Assembly (NCBI RefSeq): GCF_009914755.1
Contig: NC_060929.1
Length of the DNA: 64,000 nt
Origin: the human T2T-CHM13v2.0 reference genome, Homo sapiens
Direction: 5' to 3' (one strand)
Shown here: positions 43,405 to 57,599 of the stretch, piece after piece
Numbering within the stretch: the stretch's first letter is position 1
Layout of the letters: each line of letters begins with the position of its first letter
Program-made: the position numbers and the translations under genes
The notes under the pieces: model-generated
Database searches by the model: none
What the model saw: the letters and a program-made list of their open reading frames with translations, nothing else
Told to the model about the DNA's origin: nothing

Positions 43405-44104
43405 TTGGAAGTCTGGCAATTCATTAACATCTCCACCAGAGGATGGGCAGGAGAAAGGAAAACTGGGAACTCCAGTCTACCTTGCATTTCTTAGTAGTTA
43501 GTACCTCTAGTACTAGCTGGGTTTGGTGGGAAAGAGCTGTACTGCTGGCTAAAATGAGATTTTGTGATTATCTGTGGATTTAATCTGGTCTCCTCACATC
43601 TACCATTTCCACAAATAATTAGAGATTATTAGACACATTCAGAAGTTGCATTAGCCTCAAAGAATTTAGAGAAAATCTAAATAGGCTTAAATACCATCTT
43701 GGAATCCAGAATGTTAAGCTCTATGCTCCAGATAATTAACATTTTTAGGGCCCCTTTTCTCCCCATGGGGCTAAAATCACTCCTGGGTAACAATTAACTG
43801 AACACATTCTAAGTCTAATATATTTTGCAGAAAGGGATGAGCTGAGCAGAAAAACAGATGATGCACTACTGTTGCATTAAAAGAGAACAGGCCATGCAGC
43901 ATTGGAGGTTTGGCACTTCTCTGTTCTCTTAAGATGTATTCTGATTCTCGAGGTATTGAGAAGAGCCTTTGCTCTTTTCCCACCAAACCCAGCTAGTACT
44001 AGAAGTACTAACTACTAAGAAATGCGAGGTGGACTGGAGTTCCCAGCTTTCCTTTCTCCTGCTCACCCTCTGGTGGAGATGTTAATGAATTGCCAAACTT
44101 TCAA
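43405..44104. repeat. Long inverted repeat: arms 43405-43537 and 43971-44104, spacer ~433 bp
   Basis: Manual alignment gives 8 transitions plus one 1-nt indel over ~134 bp. Looser similarity extends to ~43388 and ~44119. Confidence 0.93.
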
Positions 44105-44518
44105 CAACAGAAAACAGCCTTTATATTTTCAAAATAAATCTCATCAGTTGGCACGTGTGGGAGCCTCTCAGGTAGTGGGTGATTCATTGAGAGAGCAATG
44201 CCTGCTCCATGAGCACAAGTGTGCTGACCCCTTTTCCTGGAGAACATTCTGGACATAAAGTGTCCATCAGGAGCAGGGGATGAAGTGTAGAGAGGGGCCG
44301 CAGCCCTTCCTCAATGCCCAGAGGGCTCCTTCCAGAGAACTTGAGTGGAGTACCACCATGGGGTTCTTTTGATTACTTTCCTCCCAGTGGGAGCCCTACA
44401 TTAGCACTGACATGCAGTGGCACCCCATTATTGCAGGATGGTTGAGAATATGATGATGAGAGTATCTTGTGCTCCTGCAATATTTAACAGTTTTCAAGGC
44501 AATTTTATATATGTTATC

Positions 44519-44826
<308 letters not shown>

Positions 44827-47800
44827 TTCTATATGCTATTTTATTTGATGTTCATAATAGCTGTGAGGTAAGCAGTACAGATATTATCTCCATTGCTTCC
44901 TGGTGAAGGACTTAGCCACAGTCAGATAACTAGTAAGAGCAGAGTAGAGTTAGAATTGGAGCCTTCTGGTCCCCCTCCTCTGCATGCCTTTCAGGTTCTG
45001 TAATAAAACATCATAGTCTCTTATTTGACTACATTGTCATGTCTGTTATATGTTCTTTAAATGGCCACTGCACTCATGCATGCTAATTTTACAATGTTTT
45101 AATTATGAAAGTCTGTTAAAAAATTCAAAGTATCATTTCTAACACTATATTTCCTTTGGAATTACATTATTGCAGTTCTATGTATTTAGTTGCATTTCCC
45201 CTCTTTAATAATCAGCAAGGTTTTAATCTAACTGTGTTGGACAATTTCCCAAAGCCACTTAGAAAATATCACCTAGCATTCGCTTTATCCCCCAGATCTT
45301 CTTTTTCATTACTAGGCAGGTGGTTACTAGGATATGCCCCAAAGAAATAAGATCACAACTTAAAGCCCAAGCACATAAAATGTTTAGTAGATACAATAAC
45401 TGTAAATTATTATAACCATAGATATTTTTATAAAGATTGATTAAAAAATACTCTGACATACCCCACATGCTGATAGTTCAATTCATGCGTGAAAAACACA
45501 TTTTAGCCTTTTCCATCAGCACCATTCACATTTTAGAAGACCGACTTTATAGGGGGCTCCCCAAAGTACCTCCTTAAACCACTGCCAACCCGGGGGGTGG
45601 TGGATAGTGGCAATATTACATCAGTATCTGTATTGGGTTCTTGGATAGAGCTGCACAATGGCCATGTATGGTGAAAGGTAGATTTTCCCCTGAGACTTTA
45701 TTCTTGGAATATGTTAAAATGCACATGTCTCTATTTCTGCTCCCAAGAAGCTGGTGTACAGATGTTAAGTATTCGGGTGGTAGGAGCGCTGCTGTCTACA
45801 GTTTACATGATGTCTAATAGGCCTCTAGAATGTGTTTAAAAGGCAGTGTTCAAAATTAGGCCCCTAACCTTCTTTGATGCAATTGTCTTTCTTTGGAGTT
45901 ACATCTTGAAGGAAAGGATGAAGATTTGGAAAGGGAATTAATTTTCCTGACCTGACTTATTATTTTCCCCCTGTATTTTATAGTAATCCTTTAAACTCAA
46001 AAAATTCAGCTAATTATGGATTTCTACCTGAATAATGCTGCCATTTGAGTGGCTGCATGTCACTGTTTCTGGTTTCTGACCCCCTGTCAGGCCAATTCTG
46101 CCTGATTTCACTCATGTGCTGCTGCTTTTTATAATCTGAACATTATTTCCACTCAAATGTTTCCAGCTTTGCCCAAAACCTAAGAATCTGAAAAGGGGGA
46201 AACTTCCTTCGTAACTAGTATTTGAGTAATTATCACTTTGCATTATTCTGATCTTTTGCAAAACGTATACTCCAAGAAGAACATTTGAAAAAAGTTAGAA
46301 GTCTTAGTTGATTTTCTAATTTACATTTAAAAATAGAACGTAGGCAGTCTCTCTTGTCATTAAAATATGATTTTTCCTCTATTTTCTATGCTCCATAAAC
46401 TCTATTACAATATATTTTGAAATGTAGGACATTGAATTGAGGACATTAAACAAAGAAATTCAATGGCTTTGAGGGGAATTTTAAAGATCCAGTTTCCTAA
46501 TATGTAGACTGGAAACTGGAAAGACTTCATGATGTCTAATATGTTTTTTCCCTGTCTCCTAAACGCAATAATCTCTAACTGCCACTTGATCATTAGAGAT
46601 TTATATTCACTATAATTTATGTCAACTTATATCTGGGACTTTTTTTTTTTTAACAACATTTGGCAGCCAATTGCTGGTAGAAATGTAGAATGTTTCACAT
46701 TAGTCAGCAGCCCTCTTAAATTATTTCTATGAAATAATTTATTGTGGATTACAAATTCTTATATGGCATTTAAATTTAATGATTAGGCAGAGAGATATAT
46801 CAAAAATATGATTAGTCACATATGTATCTGACTTGCATGGTTCTAGCTCTATGTGTGTTTTATAAGAATTGCTTTTTAAAAAGATATTTTGAGACTTACA
46901 TGTTTTTACAATGAAAAACAACACATATTTAAAGGAAAGGAGAAATGGATGCACACACTCTTATAAACTCTCTTCTCTAATTAAATGTCCATAAAATTAT
47001 TTTCTATTTCATGATAGACATTTTTGGCATAGGTACTGGTGTGTGGTCTGAAACTATAAGAACTGACAGTGGTAAAGATCTGTTGCCTCATAATTTGAGG
47101 TAAAGATGTAGAAATCCTAACAAAATATGAGATTGTCAGTGAAAAATGTAATGTCCCTTTTTCACAGAAAGGAATTAGTAGTGAAGTGATATACTTCTAG
47201 CAGAACAAGAAATGAAATGAAACTGAATTCCTTATTGAAATCTCAGAGTGAGCTACCTCCTAACTAATTTTCATTTCTCTACATAGTTATGGTTAAGACT
47301 TTTAGACATTTATCATTCCATTTCACTCATCACTCAGGAAAGAAAGACATAGAAAAACAGCCATGAAAGTTTAATTAAAATTTTATTTGCATGAAAGGGA
47401 CTCCTAGAGCATCTCTTTTGTATCTTAGACAGATTATGTCTTTTTTATTCCTTTTCTCTCTCTTCCTATTTAACAGTGATTTTCTTAACTCGACTATTTA
47501 TGATTCATTTCATGAAAGGCTAGGTTTTCTCAGAGGTTACTAAAAAGTCTTAAAGTGGTTTTAGAGACTAGCAGCAACAAGGAACTATTTTCTTTCATGT
47601 TGTAAAATAAAGTCATTGTCAATAGCCTACAACCTGCAATAAACTATTAAAAAAGGAATTTATGATGGCTGTTTATTATCCTCCTGAAATAATGTTGTTA
47701 CAAGTCTGCCGTTGTCAGTCATCCACAGGAATCACATGCTGAACTGCAAACAAAGGGAGGGTCTGGATCCACACAGAGATTCATGGCAGATTACCCAGGG

Positions 47801-48955
47801 ATGGCGGGCCTGATAGTCCCTTGTGCCATTCATCACCTTTTTCAAAGAAACAGAATAATAGCCACACGTGCAGATTGCACTAAAAGGCACCTGTTTGCAA
47901 GGTGGAGTTTGAATTGTGAATTAGAAAAATACTTGCGTGGCTAGTAACAGCAAATTATGTGGGAGTACCCTGGATGGGTTGGGAAAGTAGCAAGCAGGAT
48001 GCTTTAGAAAGACAACTAGAAGCATCCTACACACACCTAAAGCCGCATGTCAACTCTTTTCCTTGTTTTTAATGTTATTATAAGTCTTAAGAAGTCCTCC
48101 CTCTTTCTCTTCTTGCCCTGTAAGCATGTTCCTTTGCTAAAGCCGGGTCTGTCTGGAAAGCTTCTTGGGGAATTTTCTTTGGGTTCAGCAGAGAAAAGAG
48201 GGAGGGAATGCATCCTACCCTTCTGCTGCTTGTGGTGGGTCAGGGAGGAGGAGGGGGAGCCACTGGAGGAAGGCACAGAGTTTTTCACCAGTGGCTGAGG
48301 AACCAGAAAGGGTCTGCTGATGCTGGAAGATTACTGAAGTTACAGGATCTGCCTAGAATAGAGAGCTACAGAGAATGGCTTTCAGGGAAGAATAATGAAA
48401 TTGTGTATGGTTGGGGAAGGATGTAAGATCCACAAAGAGGAAGATGAGAAGAAGGATTAAAAATGAGACAAAGGCCAAAAATGGCTTGATTAGATTCGAA
48501 GAGTTGAAGGTATAAAATTTCATGTTCCAAACCTTTACAATATAAATAATCACTTCCTGAAGAAACTAACATAATTTTTCTGCTAGAAAATGGTGTTCTT
48601 TATTTTTAAAAAATTATGTTACACCTCCAAATGTAAGAAAAAAGAAAGCTCTCCAAGATATGGGAGATTTGAATGATTATTGCATGGTATTAAATGCTAA
48701 AGCGAAGAAAACTGGCTTTAAAATGAGAATAAAAATTAAGAACCTTTACTTCTTGGATATTAATTTAAATAAGCATGCTCTAACATACTGTGCCATTCAT
48801 TACTAGTTTCAGAAAGTTATCAGAAGCATATGTTGAGCATGTTTAGAAAGCCAGCTTGCTTAGTTCAGTGAAGCAATGTCTGGCGTTAGTGCCTATAGAA
48901 AACAGAAGAGCATACACACTACTTTAATTCCATTGTTTTAAAAACTTGGGAAGAC

Positions 48956-49249
48956 TTTTTTTTTTTTTTTTTTTTTTTTGAGACCAAGTCTCTCACTGTT
49001 GCCTGGGCTGGAGTGCAATGGCACAATCTCGGCTCACTGCATCCTCTGCCTCCCGGTTCAAGCGATTCTCCTGCCTCAGCCTCCCGAGTAGTTGCGATTA
49101 CAGGCTCCCCCCACTAATTTTTTGTATTTTTAGTAGAGATGCGGTTTCACTGTGTTGGCCAGGCTGGTCTCAAACTCCTGGCCTCGTGATCTGCCTGCCT
49201 CGGCCTCCCAAAATGCTGGGATTACAGGCATGAGCCACCACACCTGGCC
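48956..49249 (-). mobile_element. Alu (AluSg/Sc-like)
   Basis: Poly-T tail, CCTCGTGATC (2-bp deletion type), degenerate TSD AAACTTG..AAGACTTT. Confidence 0.93.
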
Positions 49250-50972
49250 AAAACTTGAAAAGACTTTAATATCATCTGAAATTATTGATTAACTTATTTT
49301 GTGTACTTAGACAAGCACTAAGAGGAGAAAAATGATGTTGATTTAAAATTTGAAACTCAAAATCTAGAATTAAAACAGTCATTTAATACAAAGCTCTGAT
49401 TTGTAATTGTTTTCTCAAAACAGTTAACATAGCTTTTTCATTCCCTCAGGATTATTTCTACAGTTGAACAAGGGATTTCTAAAGCTCATTTCTAACAGGA
49501 AATCTAAAATCTACTAAAATATTGTTACAACAATTTGAAAAATTAAAGGCAATAGAAATAGATGTAACAAAACATTAAGTACTATCTGCTAAAATAATGC
49601 TAATTTACATTAACAACATGTCTCACTTTTTTACGCAAAATTTCAGAGCAGCCGCAATCCACTAACAGTTATGGAATGATGGCCTGTGTTAATGTCTGCC
49701 CCTCACTAAATCACCCAGTATGTCCAAAGCTGGAATGTCTTCAGCAACATTTTTCAGTGGTCATTTTTAAGTGATTGAAACTGTCAATGATAGTCTTTGA
49801 GTAGACGATCCACTTTTGGTCAAAACATACTTGAAAAGTCATCCCTCTTTGAAGTGCCATGTATTGTATCTGCAATCATGTTGTCAAAATAAAATGCATT
49901 TAAGATATGTAAGGAAGAGAATTTCTTACTTAAATGCAAAAAAAAAAAAAAAAAAAAAAAACCCACACAAGACAAATGTTCATTCTTGTAACACAGTCCT
50001 AGTCCATGATTACCTATAAATACTGAGCACTGGAGACTCAAATCAGCTTTCTGGTCAACAATGGAAACTGATATGTTTAGCTATTGAAAACTTAAGAGAA
50101 TTTGTCACTGTACTAGAAAAATACAATCTGATAGAAAAGATAGCATTCTAAAATATTTTTCTAATGATCACCTTGGCTTTCTGTGGTTCTGCAAATACAA
50201 ATAAATAGAGAGCTAAGTCTTTCATTTCTTCCCAACTTCAAATTTAGCTACAAACACTCTTAAATGAAAACACAGTTTTCTGGAGTTCTGAGATGTCAGG
50301 AGTGGTAACGAACAGAGATGCAAGAACTTCCAGGAAGGTCTGTGGAGAGCTGCAGAAGATTTAGGGAGCCGTTTGGGGTGTGCTGGAGAATGCTCCTTAG
50401 TCTTAGATGGTTTCCTCCTCCCCATGACCTTCTCACCACTCTTTGCTAAAAGACTATTTTAGAGAAGTGGAGCTACTAACATTGGGTTCATTATTAAAAG
50501 AAAACACCAAACCAGCTATTACCAATTCTGCTGTTACTCCTTGGTTTCAAGTGAATGCTGAAGTAAGCAGTTGTTGGATCACAAAATGTTAACACTGCAA
50601 GGGACGCTTAAAAGTTGCCTCTCTGGGTAAAATTTTTAGCTGACTATGGGCTACCCTGGGACTAGGATAACTCTTGACTCTCAGTCCACAGCTGTTTAAT
50701 ATGTAAATATCAGAAATTGGTTTAGCCAAGGGATTATAGATTAGAACATATTTTGTTAGATTTATACCTAAATATTTCATGTTTTTAAATAACATACATT
50801 TGAGTCCAGCTCCTTAGAATCCCAAATTAAATCTGGATCAGTGTTGTCCCATCTGAGTCACAGAGACAGACCAGTGCTGTCCAGTAGAAATATAATGGGA
50901 GCCACACATGTAATCAAAATGTTCCAGTAGCCATATCTTAAAAAGTGTAAAGAAACTGGTGAAATTAATTTT

Positions 50973-51325
50973 TGTAATAGTGAATTTATTATTTATTGTG
51001 CATAACAAATTGTCCCAAAATTGTAGCTTAAAACACACATTTAATATTTTACCATTGTGTTGGGTCAGCAATGCACGATGGCTTTGAGATAGAAAGAGAG
51101 ATAGAGGTGGGGCAAGCTAATGAGTGAGAGAGGGAGCACCCAAGATAGAAGCCGCAGTCTTTTTGTAATCTCAGCTTGGAAGCTGCAGCCCATCACTTCT
51201 GTCATAGTCATTTGTTAGTATTAAAATACTAAGCCTAGCCTAGAGCCTAGGGGAGGGAATTACATATGGGCATGACTACTGGGAGGCTGAGCTCAGCAGG
51301 GGCCATCTTAGAGGCTACCTACCAC
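50973..51325 (-). mobile_element. MLT1 (F/G/H-like) LTR
   Basis: CATAACAAATTGTCCCAAAA..GCTTAAAACA...CCATCACTTCTG...GGCCATCTTAGAGGCTACCTACCACA. Confidence 0.7.
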
Positions 51326-51364
51326 AAATATGTGTGTACATATATTAATGTCTATTTATATACA

Positions 51365-52620
51365 TTTAACAAAATTTTAGACAGAGGTGATACATGTGCA
51401 AGCTTGTTACATGGGTATATTGCATAATGCTGAAGTGTTTTGGCTTCTAGTGAACCATCACCAAAATAGTAAACTACCCAATAGGTAGTTCTTCAGCCTT
51501 CATCCCCCCACACCTTTAGAGTCCCCAGTGTCTATTACTTCCATTTTTAGATCCATGCATACTCATTGCTTAACTTCCACTTATGAATGAGAACATGTGG
51601 TATTTGATTTTCTGATTCTGAGTTGTTTCACTTAGGATAATTGTCTCCAACTCCCTCCATGTTGCTGTGAAGAACATGATTTCATTGTTTTTTATGGCTG
51701 CATGGTATTCTGTGGTGTTTAAGTACCACATTTTCTTTATCCGGTCAACTGTTGGTAGACACTTAGGTTGATTCCATGACTTTGCTCTCGTGAATAATGC
51801 TGCAATAACATACAAGTGCAGGTGTCACTTTCGTATAACAATTTCTTTTCCTTTGGGTAGATACACAGTAATAAGATTGCTGGGTTGAATGGTAGCTCTA
51901 CTTTTAGTTCTTTGAGAAGTCTCCATACTATTTTCCATAGAGGTTTTATTGATTTACATGCCCACCAACAGTGTATAAGTGTTCACTTTTCTCTGCAGCC
52001 TTGCCAGCCAACATCTGTTAGTTTTTGATTTTTTAATAATAGTCATTCTGACTGATATGAGGTGGTATTTCACTGTGGTTTTAATTTGTATTTCTCTGAT
52101 GATTAATGATGTTGAGTATTTTTTCATATGTTTGCTGGCTGCTTGTATGTCTTCTTTTGAAAAGTGTCTTTTCATGTCCTTTGCTTATTTTGTAATAGGG
52201 TTATTTTTTTCTTGTTGATTCATTTTAGTTCCTTATAGATTCTAGATATTCATCCTTTGTTAGATGCATAATTTGGAAATACATTCTCCCATTCTATAGG
52301 TTGTCTGTTGATTGATTCTTTTGCTGTGCAGAAGCTGTTTAGTTTAATTTAGTCCCATTTGTCTATTTTTGTTTCTGTTGCATTTGCTTTTGAGGTCTTA
52401 CCAATAAAATATTTGCCTAAGCCAATGTCCAGAAGAGTTTTTCCAGGTTTTTAATAGGATTTTTATAGTTTGATGTCTTACATTTAAGTCTCTAATTTAT
52501 CTTCAGTTAATTTTTGTATATGGTGAGAGATAGGGGTCCAGTTTCATTCTTCAGCATACTCCCAGCCATTATTTATTGAATAGTGTGTCCTTTCCCCCAT
52601 TGTTTATTTTTTGTTGGCTT
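51365..52620 (-). mobile_element. 5'-truncated old primate L1 (L1PB/late L1PA-like)
   Basis: ORF2 C-terminal peptides on the minus strand ([19 protein letters not shown]) plus 3' UTR. Confidence 0.88.
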
Positions 52621-52725
52621 CCACAAACATATTTTATCTAACCCAATATACCCAAAGTATCATTCAATATATAACTAATATAAAATTATTAATGAGACTT
52701 TTGCATTCCGATTTTATAATCTCCT

Positions 52726-53121
52726 TGCTGTGGACTGAATGCTTGCACTGCCCCCAAAATTACTATGTTGAAGCCCTAATCCCCAATGTCATGATATTAG
52801 AAAGTGAAACCTTTGGATGGTAACTAGGTTTAGATGAAGTCAGAAGGATGGAGTTCCCATAATAGGATTAATGCCCTTACAAGAAAAGGAAGAGACATGA
52901 TATATCTCTCCCTCCTCGAGCCCACCCCCACACCACCCCTCTTGCAAGCACCAGGGAAAGGCCATGTGGGGATGTAAACAGGAAGAGGGTCCTCAACAAG
53001 AACCCAACCATTCTGGCACCCTAATCTTGAACTTTCAGCTTCCAGAACTGTGAGAAATCAATGTTGCTGAAGCAACCCAGTCTGTGGTAATTTGTTATAG
53101 CAGCCTAGACTTACTAAGACA
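52726..53121 (+). mobile_element. MLT1A-like solo LTR
   Basis: TGCTGTGGACTGAATG...TATGTTGAAGCCCTAATCCCCAATG...CCAGAACTGTGAGAAA...ACTAAGACA. Confidence 0.85.
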
Positions 53122-55529
53122 ACCTACAAAGTCCAGAATGTATTTTACACTTACGGCCTGCATCAATTTGGACTAGATACATTTCAAGCATCAATTGCCA
53201 CCTGTGGCTAGAGGCCACTGTAGTACAGAACACATCTAGATGGTCTGAAGCCATCTGAAGATCCAAAGACCCTAACTAAGTGGTCTTCTTCACCAGCAAC
53301 CTAAATGATTGATGTGATTTATCAGACATATCAAGTGCTTACCATGTACCAGACATAGTGCTGAATGTAAGGAACCTCAAGCTAATAAATAATAGTGCCT
53401 GCCCTAAAGGAACTCAGACAAGTAAGAGGTTAACTTCGGATTCTAGACCAGCCATGCAGGGCCTACCTCAGAGAGCTCTACACTGTGATGGGTTCTTGCG
53501 TAAGGCAAAGCTCAGTCCCTCCATGGTCCGTGGGAAGGTGGGTGACCCAAGTCTGCCTGGCCCAGCCAGAGTCTCTGACAATGACCATACACATCATTTA
53601 CTCCCAGGCCTAACCTGAGGCCTGGGCCTCGGGCCCTGAACTGGAGCCCATATGTTGGCCTGAAATCTGATTTACCTTGGACGTGGAACAAGTTAAATAT
53701 TTGTCTAACTCAGTACGTTGTATTTTCCGCTATTCTTCACAAGCATGTCCTGTAAAAGAAGGGAGATGTGGGGGCTACCTTAATATTTCAGGCTCCTTGG
53801 GTGCTTTAGAGGGGTTTCTGCAGAAGTATCGGTACATGCCACAGTTGCACAAAGCTTCAAACATATGTGACTAAATTTATGTGGAAAAAAATGTCCTTAA
53901 TTATCTTACCAGCTATGAATGAATTTAGCACCAAGGAGATATGTTTTTAGTCCATTCTCTGTCCTAACTCTGATCATGCAAATGCCTTTGCTTTTTGTCT
54001 CACAACGTATGTCCTGAATTGTATTTGTGGTAAGTTATAAGCATCTTGAGAGTATAACTCTATGTACCGAGTACATCTAGGGTGTAGCAGAGGAGCCCTT
54101 CCACCTCTCCCAAAATGTACTTAAACACTATTAATAGTGATACACCTGGCAGTCCAGTTAAATAATTCTAAGTTTCATTTGGGGGAAATATAGTATACTT
54201 TTCATTAACAGTAGAGGAAAACAGCTTTCGGAGTGGTCTCTCTACCAGTGTAAATAGCAGTCATTTATTTTAAAGTTAGAGGAAAATCTATGCCTGTCCT
54301 AATGGAAAGAAGTTAGCTTCATTCATGTGGTGTCTGGAAAAATGATCTTGAATGGCTTCTTGATTAATTTTTGTCTTCATAAAAATATTATTTAGAAAAA
54401 ATAAACAACTGTGAAGACAGTTGCAAGTAAAGGACTACAAATAAAACAATATTTCTTTCTGACATGTAAAACCCATCTCCAAATTGCTATTTCATCACAT
54501 AGACATGCATTGTCTCATTAATGTCCCAGTAGCTGCATCTTTAAAATGCCTTTGTTTCACAATGTGGACACAATAAAAAATATGAGGACATAGATCTCAT
54601 TTCTGTGCCTAATAATGTGGTGATTCTGGTTGAGCTGCTGTAGGCTGGAACTCAACCACACAACCTGGAAAAACATTCAGGGAGTCTGGAACATAGAAAA
54701 GTCCCCAATCCTGTTTGGCTGGAATTTGAAGGGTGAAATGAAAGCTTCTGTTCTGTGTAAATCTGTCCAGATTTAGTGTTTTACAGCATCAGGCAATGCT
54801 ATTGGTGCCAAGAACTGGCTCTGCCTAGAGGCCCCACCAAGAAGCGAAATCCCTTTGCTCAGAAGTCAGGTTACATTACAGAAAGAAATGAATTTTAAAC
54901 ATTCCATTGTAAATACCATTTATGCATGTCATCTTTCACATGTAGAGTGGTTTCATTTTAAAAGTAAAGCTTGCTCCTGTTTTGGAGGTTCTAAATAAAA
55001 ATGAAAAGAAAATAGCATTTTAGTTGGCCTTTTAAAAGATCATGTGTGACCAAGCTTGGCATTTGTGGTTGTGACATAAAACTGTATTTTTGCAGTTTTA
55101 GAATGCAAATTTAAACCTACAGTATACACTCAAGCAAACCAACAAATATCTATCTATAAACATATAAATAGATACACATGCATAGAGACATGTATATGCA
55201 TACACACATTGTGCACAGCAACACTGGTATAAAGATCTTTACTTCTTTTTTATTATAGCTTTCATTGTCACTTATTGTAACATTTTCCACAAAACACATG
55301 TTTCATTGCTGTAGTAGTTCAGGCAGTTGTGAAAGATGGAAGGGGAGGTGAGGGGGATGTGCATATCTTTGGACAAAGAGGGAGACCCGAGGGTGGGCAA
55401 CATCTTTTAGCTTTTTCCATCTGAACTTTAATTTGCTCCCTAAAAGGAGAAGCTGAGTCCATCAAGCTAAACAGTAAAGCCTGAGATTTGCTTTAAAACT
55501 CGAACTCATTCTCTTTGGTTTGGACAGGC

Positions 55530-56560
55530 TACTGCTAGCCCTCGCCCCAGACTGTCCGGTTCTCAGGAGGGTTTGCGCGGCCTGTTTGCCAAGCCTGGGT
55601 AGGCGGGACAGGGGGATTCCCAAGGCCGATCAGATTCTATTTACTGCCCTCTTCCCCAACCCCGGGGCCACCTCTGAGGCATGAACCCAGAGACGCGCGC
55701 CCTGGTCTGGGAAAGCAGGACCGCTGCGCCCAGCGCCTCAGGGGTAGAGGCGGGAACAGGCCCGCGGTCGCTTTGCTGGCGGGGAAGGGCGATCTGACGA
55801 TCAGGGAGTTGCGCCCCTCTCTCTGGGCCTCGTGAAGGAACAGAGCAATTACAGCGCTGGGCCGGCCACGTAGTCCTGGGGCTAGGTGGGCCCAATGCTC
55901 CGGGCCGCGGGGCTGGAGCGCGGAGGCTGGAGAGGGAGGAGGACCCTCCGCGGCTCCAGGCCTCCCAGCTGGAGGGGCTCACGCCCGGGACTCCCCATCA
56001 GACCTTTGAGGGGGAGCTTCTCAAAAAGCCCTAAACTCCTCGAGGATATTCTCCGAGTGCTTCTCCTTACCCAAGCGCTGCTTCCAGACTCCACGCCTCT
56101 AGAACTAGCTGGCGTCCACGGTCGGCCAGAGCAGTTAGGGGGCTGCGCTAGCAGGGACATGTGGGGCAAAAGAGACGTATTTTAAAACCCCCAAACAAAT
56201 GTGCCCTGAAACTCACGGAGCCTGAGTTTCTGGGTTCCTCGCTTGCACTGCCCCTTCCGAAGCCCTGCGAGGGGCGCTAGTAATCCTGGATTCCGAATTG
56301 TGGGTTCTCAGTTTTAAAGGGTTGCCCCCGCCCCAGCCCCCTTCTCAATTGTCTAATCTCAGGCCTGCAACTTCGGCGTCCGCCAAACGCCGGCCTTGCC
56401 GCAGGTGCAGGACTCCTGCAATGTACTCTGGGGTTACCAGTCTGTTTGGGGTGCGGCCTGCAGGCGTAACCATGGAGTAACTTCGGGAGCCAAACTGACT
56501 TTTGCGGGGCACGGAATCAGACTTCTTGCGTCATTTTCACACCTCCTTTTTTGGTTTGTC
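55530..56560. promoter_or_regulatory. Orphan CpG island
   Basis: High GC and CpG density, no coding signature. Confidence 0.82.
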
Positions 56561-57599
56561 TCGCCTATTTTGAGCCCATCAAGGAAACAGGCCCACACAG
56601 CAGCTTAAGCAAAAATGTCATAATGCTGGTGAGGTATGGATTCGATGGAAGTTCTCACTTTCCTAAGTATCATTTTTTTCTTGGTATAATAATTTCATCT
56701 CTTAGCCAAGGCTCTGAAACGAATGTCAAATTTCATGGCTTTTACGTGTTGTTGAACTCCATGTAGCGTGCTGAAATATATGCAGTACTAAATCTCAAAA
56801 ACAAAACAAAACCAAAACCCCAAACCAAAGCCCTCTCTTTAGGGCAGGCTGATTAAGCAGCTGGAGAGAGAAGAGGGAGGATTGCAGAATCATGGGAAAG
56901 GAGCAGGAAGGTCTCTCTTGCTGTCATCAGAATATTCTCCTTCCCACCTCCTGTCTTCTAGGACAAATAAATAAAGCATTGATTACCTCTAAACCTCAGA
57001 CCTAATTTGAGAAGTGTGATGCAGGACACATATTCAGATACCATCACCCATTTCTGCACAAAGAAACAGTTCACTACTTCAAAAATCCACATTTTATGAT
57101 TTCTTGAATTTTATACTCAAAGGAGGGAGGTGGAATAGGTCATCCTTATACAGCAGAGAAACACAATACCTTTCCTCATTTAGAATATTCCCAACTATTC
57201 TCTGGTGAAGAAAACTAGTAGGAGTTTACAATTTAAAAAACAAAACAAACCCCAAACAAACAAAAAAATCCACCTACAATTATACACTCTATTTTGTATG
57301 TTAATCTTTGACAGGCTGAGAGTATTTTAACAACACTGGCCATCAGAAGTCAAATGAAAATAAATAGATGTTCACTAAATAGCATTCTTTCTCTATTTGG
57401 TGGCAATGTTGCTGTCATCGGTTTTCCCCAAAATCATGGGGGTGGCAGGAAGGAGAGAAAAACATGGGCATGTTTGAGTTTTGCCTAAGTCTGAAACTTT
57501 CGATCTCAAATCTTCCTCTCCATCACAGTCACGTCTGGTGAACTCAAGCTGGCTTTACTTTACTTACTAACCTGGATTCCTGCTGTATAGACTCAGAAA

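Larger units (their letters stand above)
50870..53240. mobile_element. MER33-like hAT MITE in three pieces (50870-50972, ~52625-52725, ~53125-53240)
   Basis: CAGTGCTGTCCAGTAGAAATATAATG...; TATTTTATCTAACCCAATATA...; GTATTTTACACTTAC...TGTGGCTAGAGGCCACTG. Confidence 0.7.

Noticed and set aside
56262-56280. CTCF-like CCCTGCGAGGGGCGCTAG
   Set aside because: The core AG is misregistered relative to the consensus, so the match is too weak.
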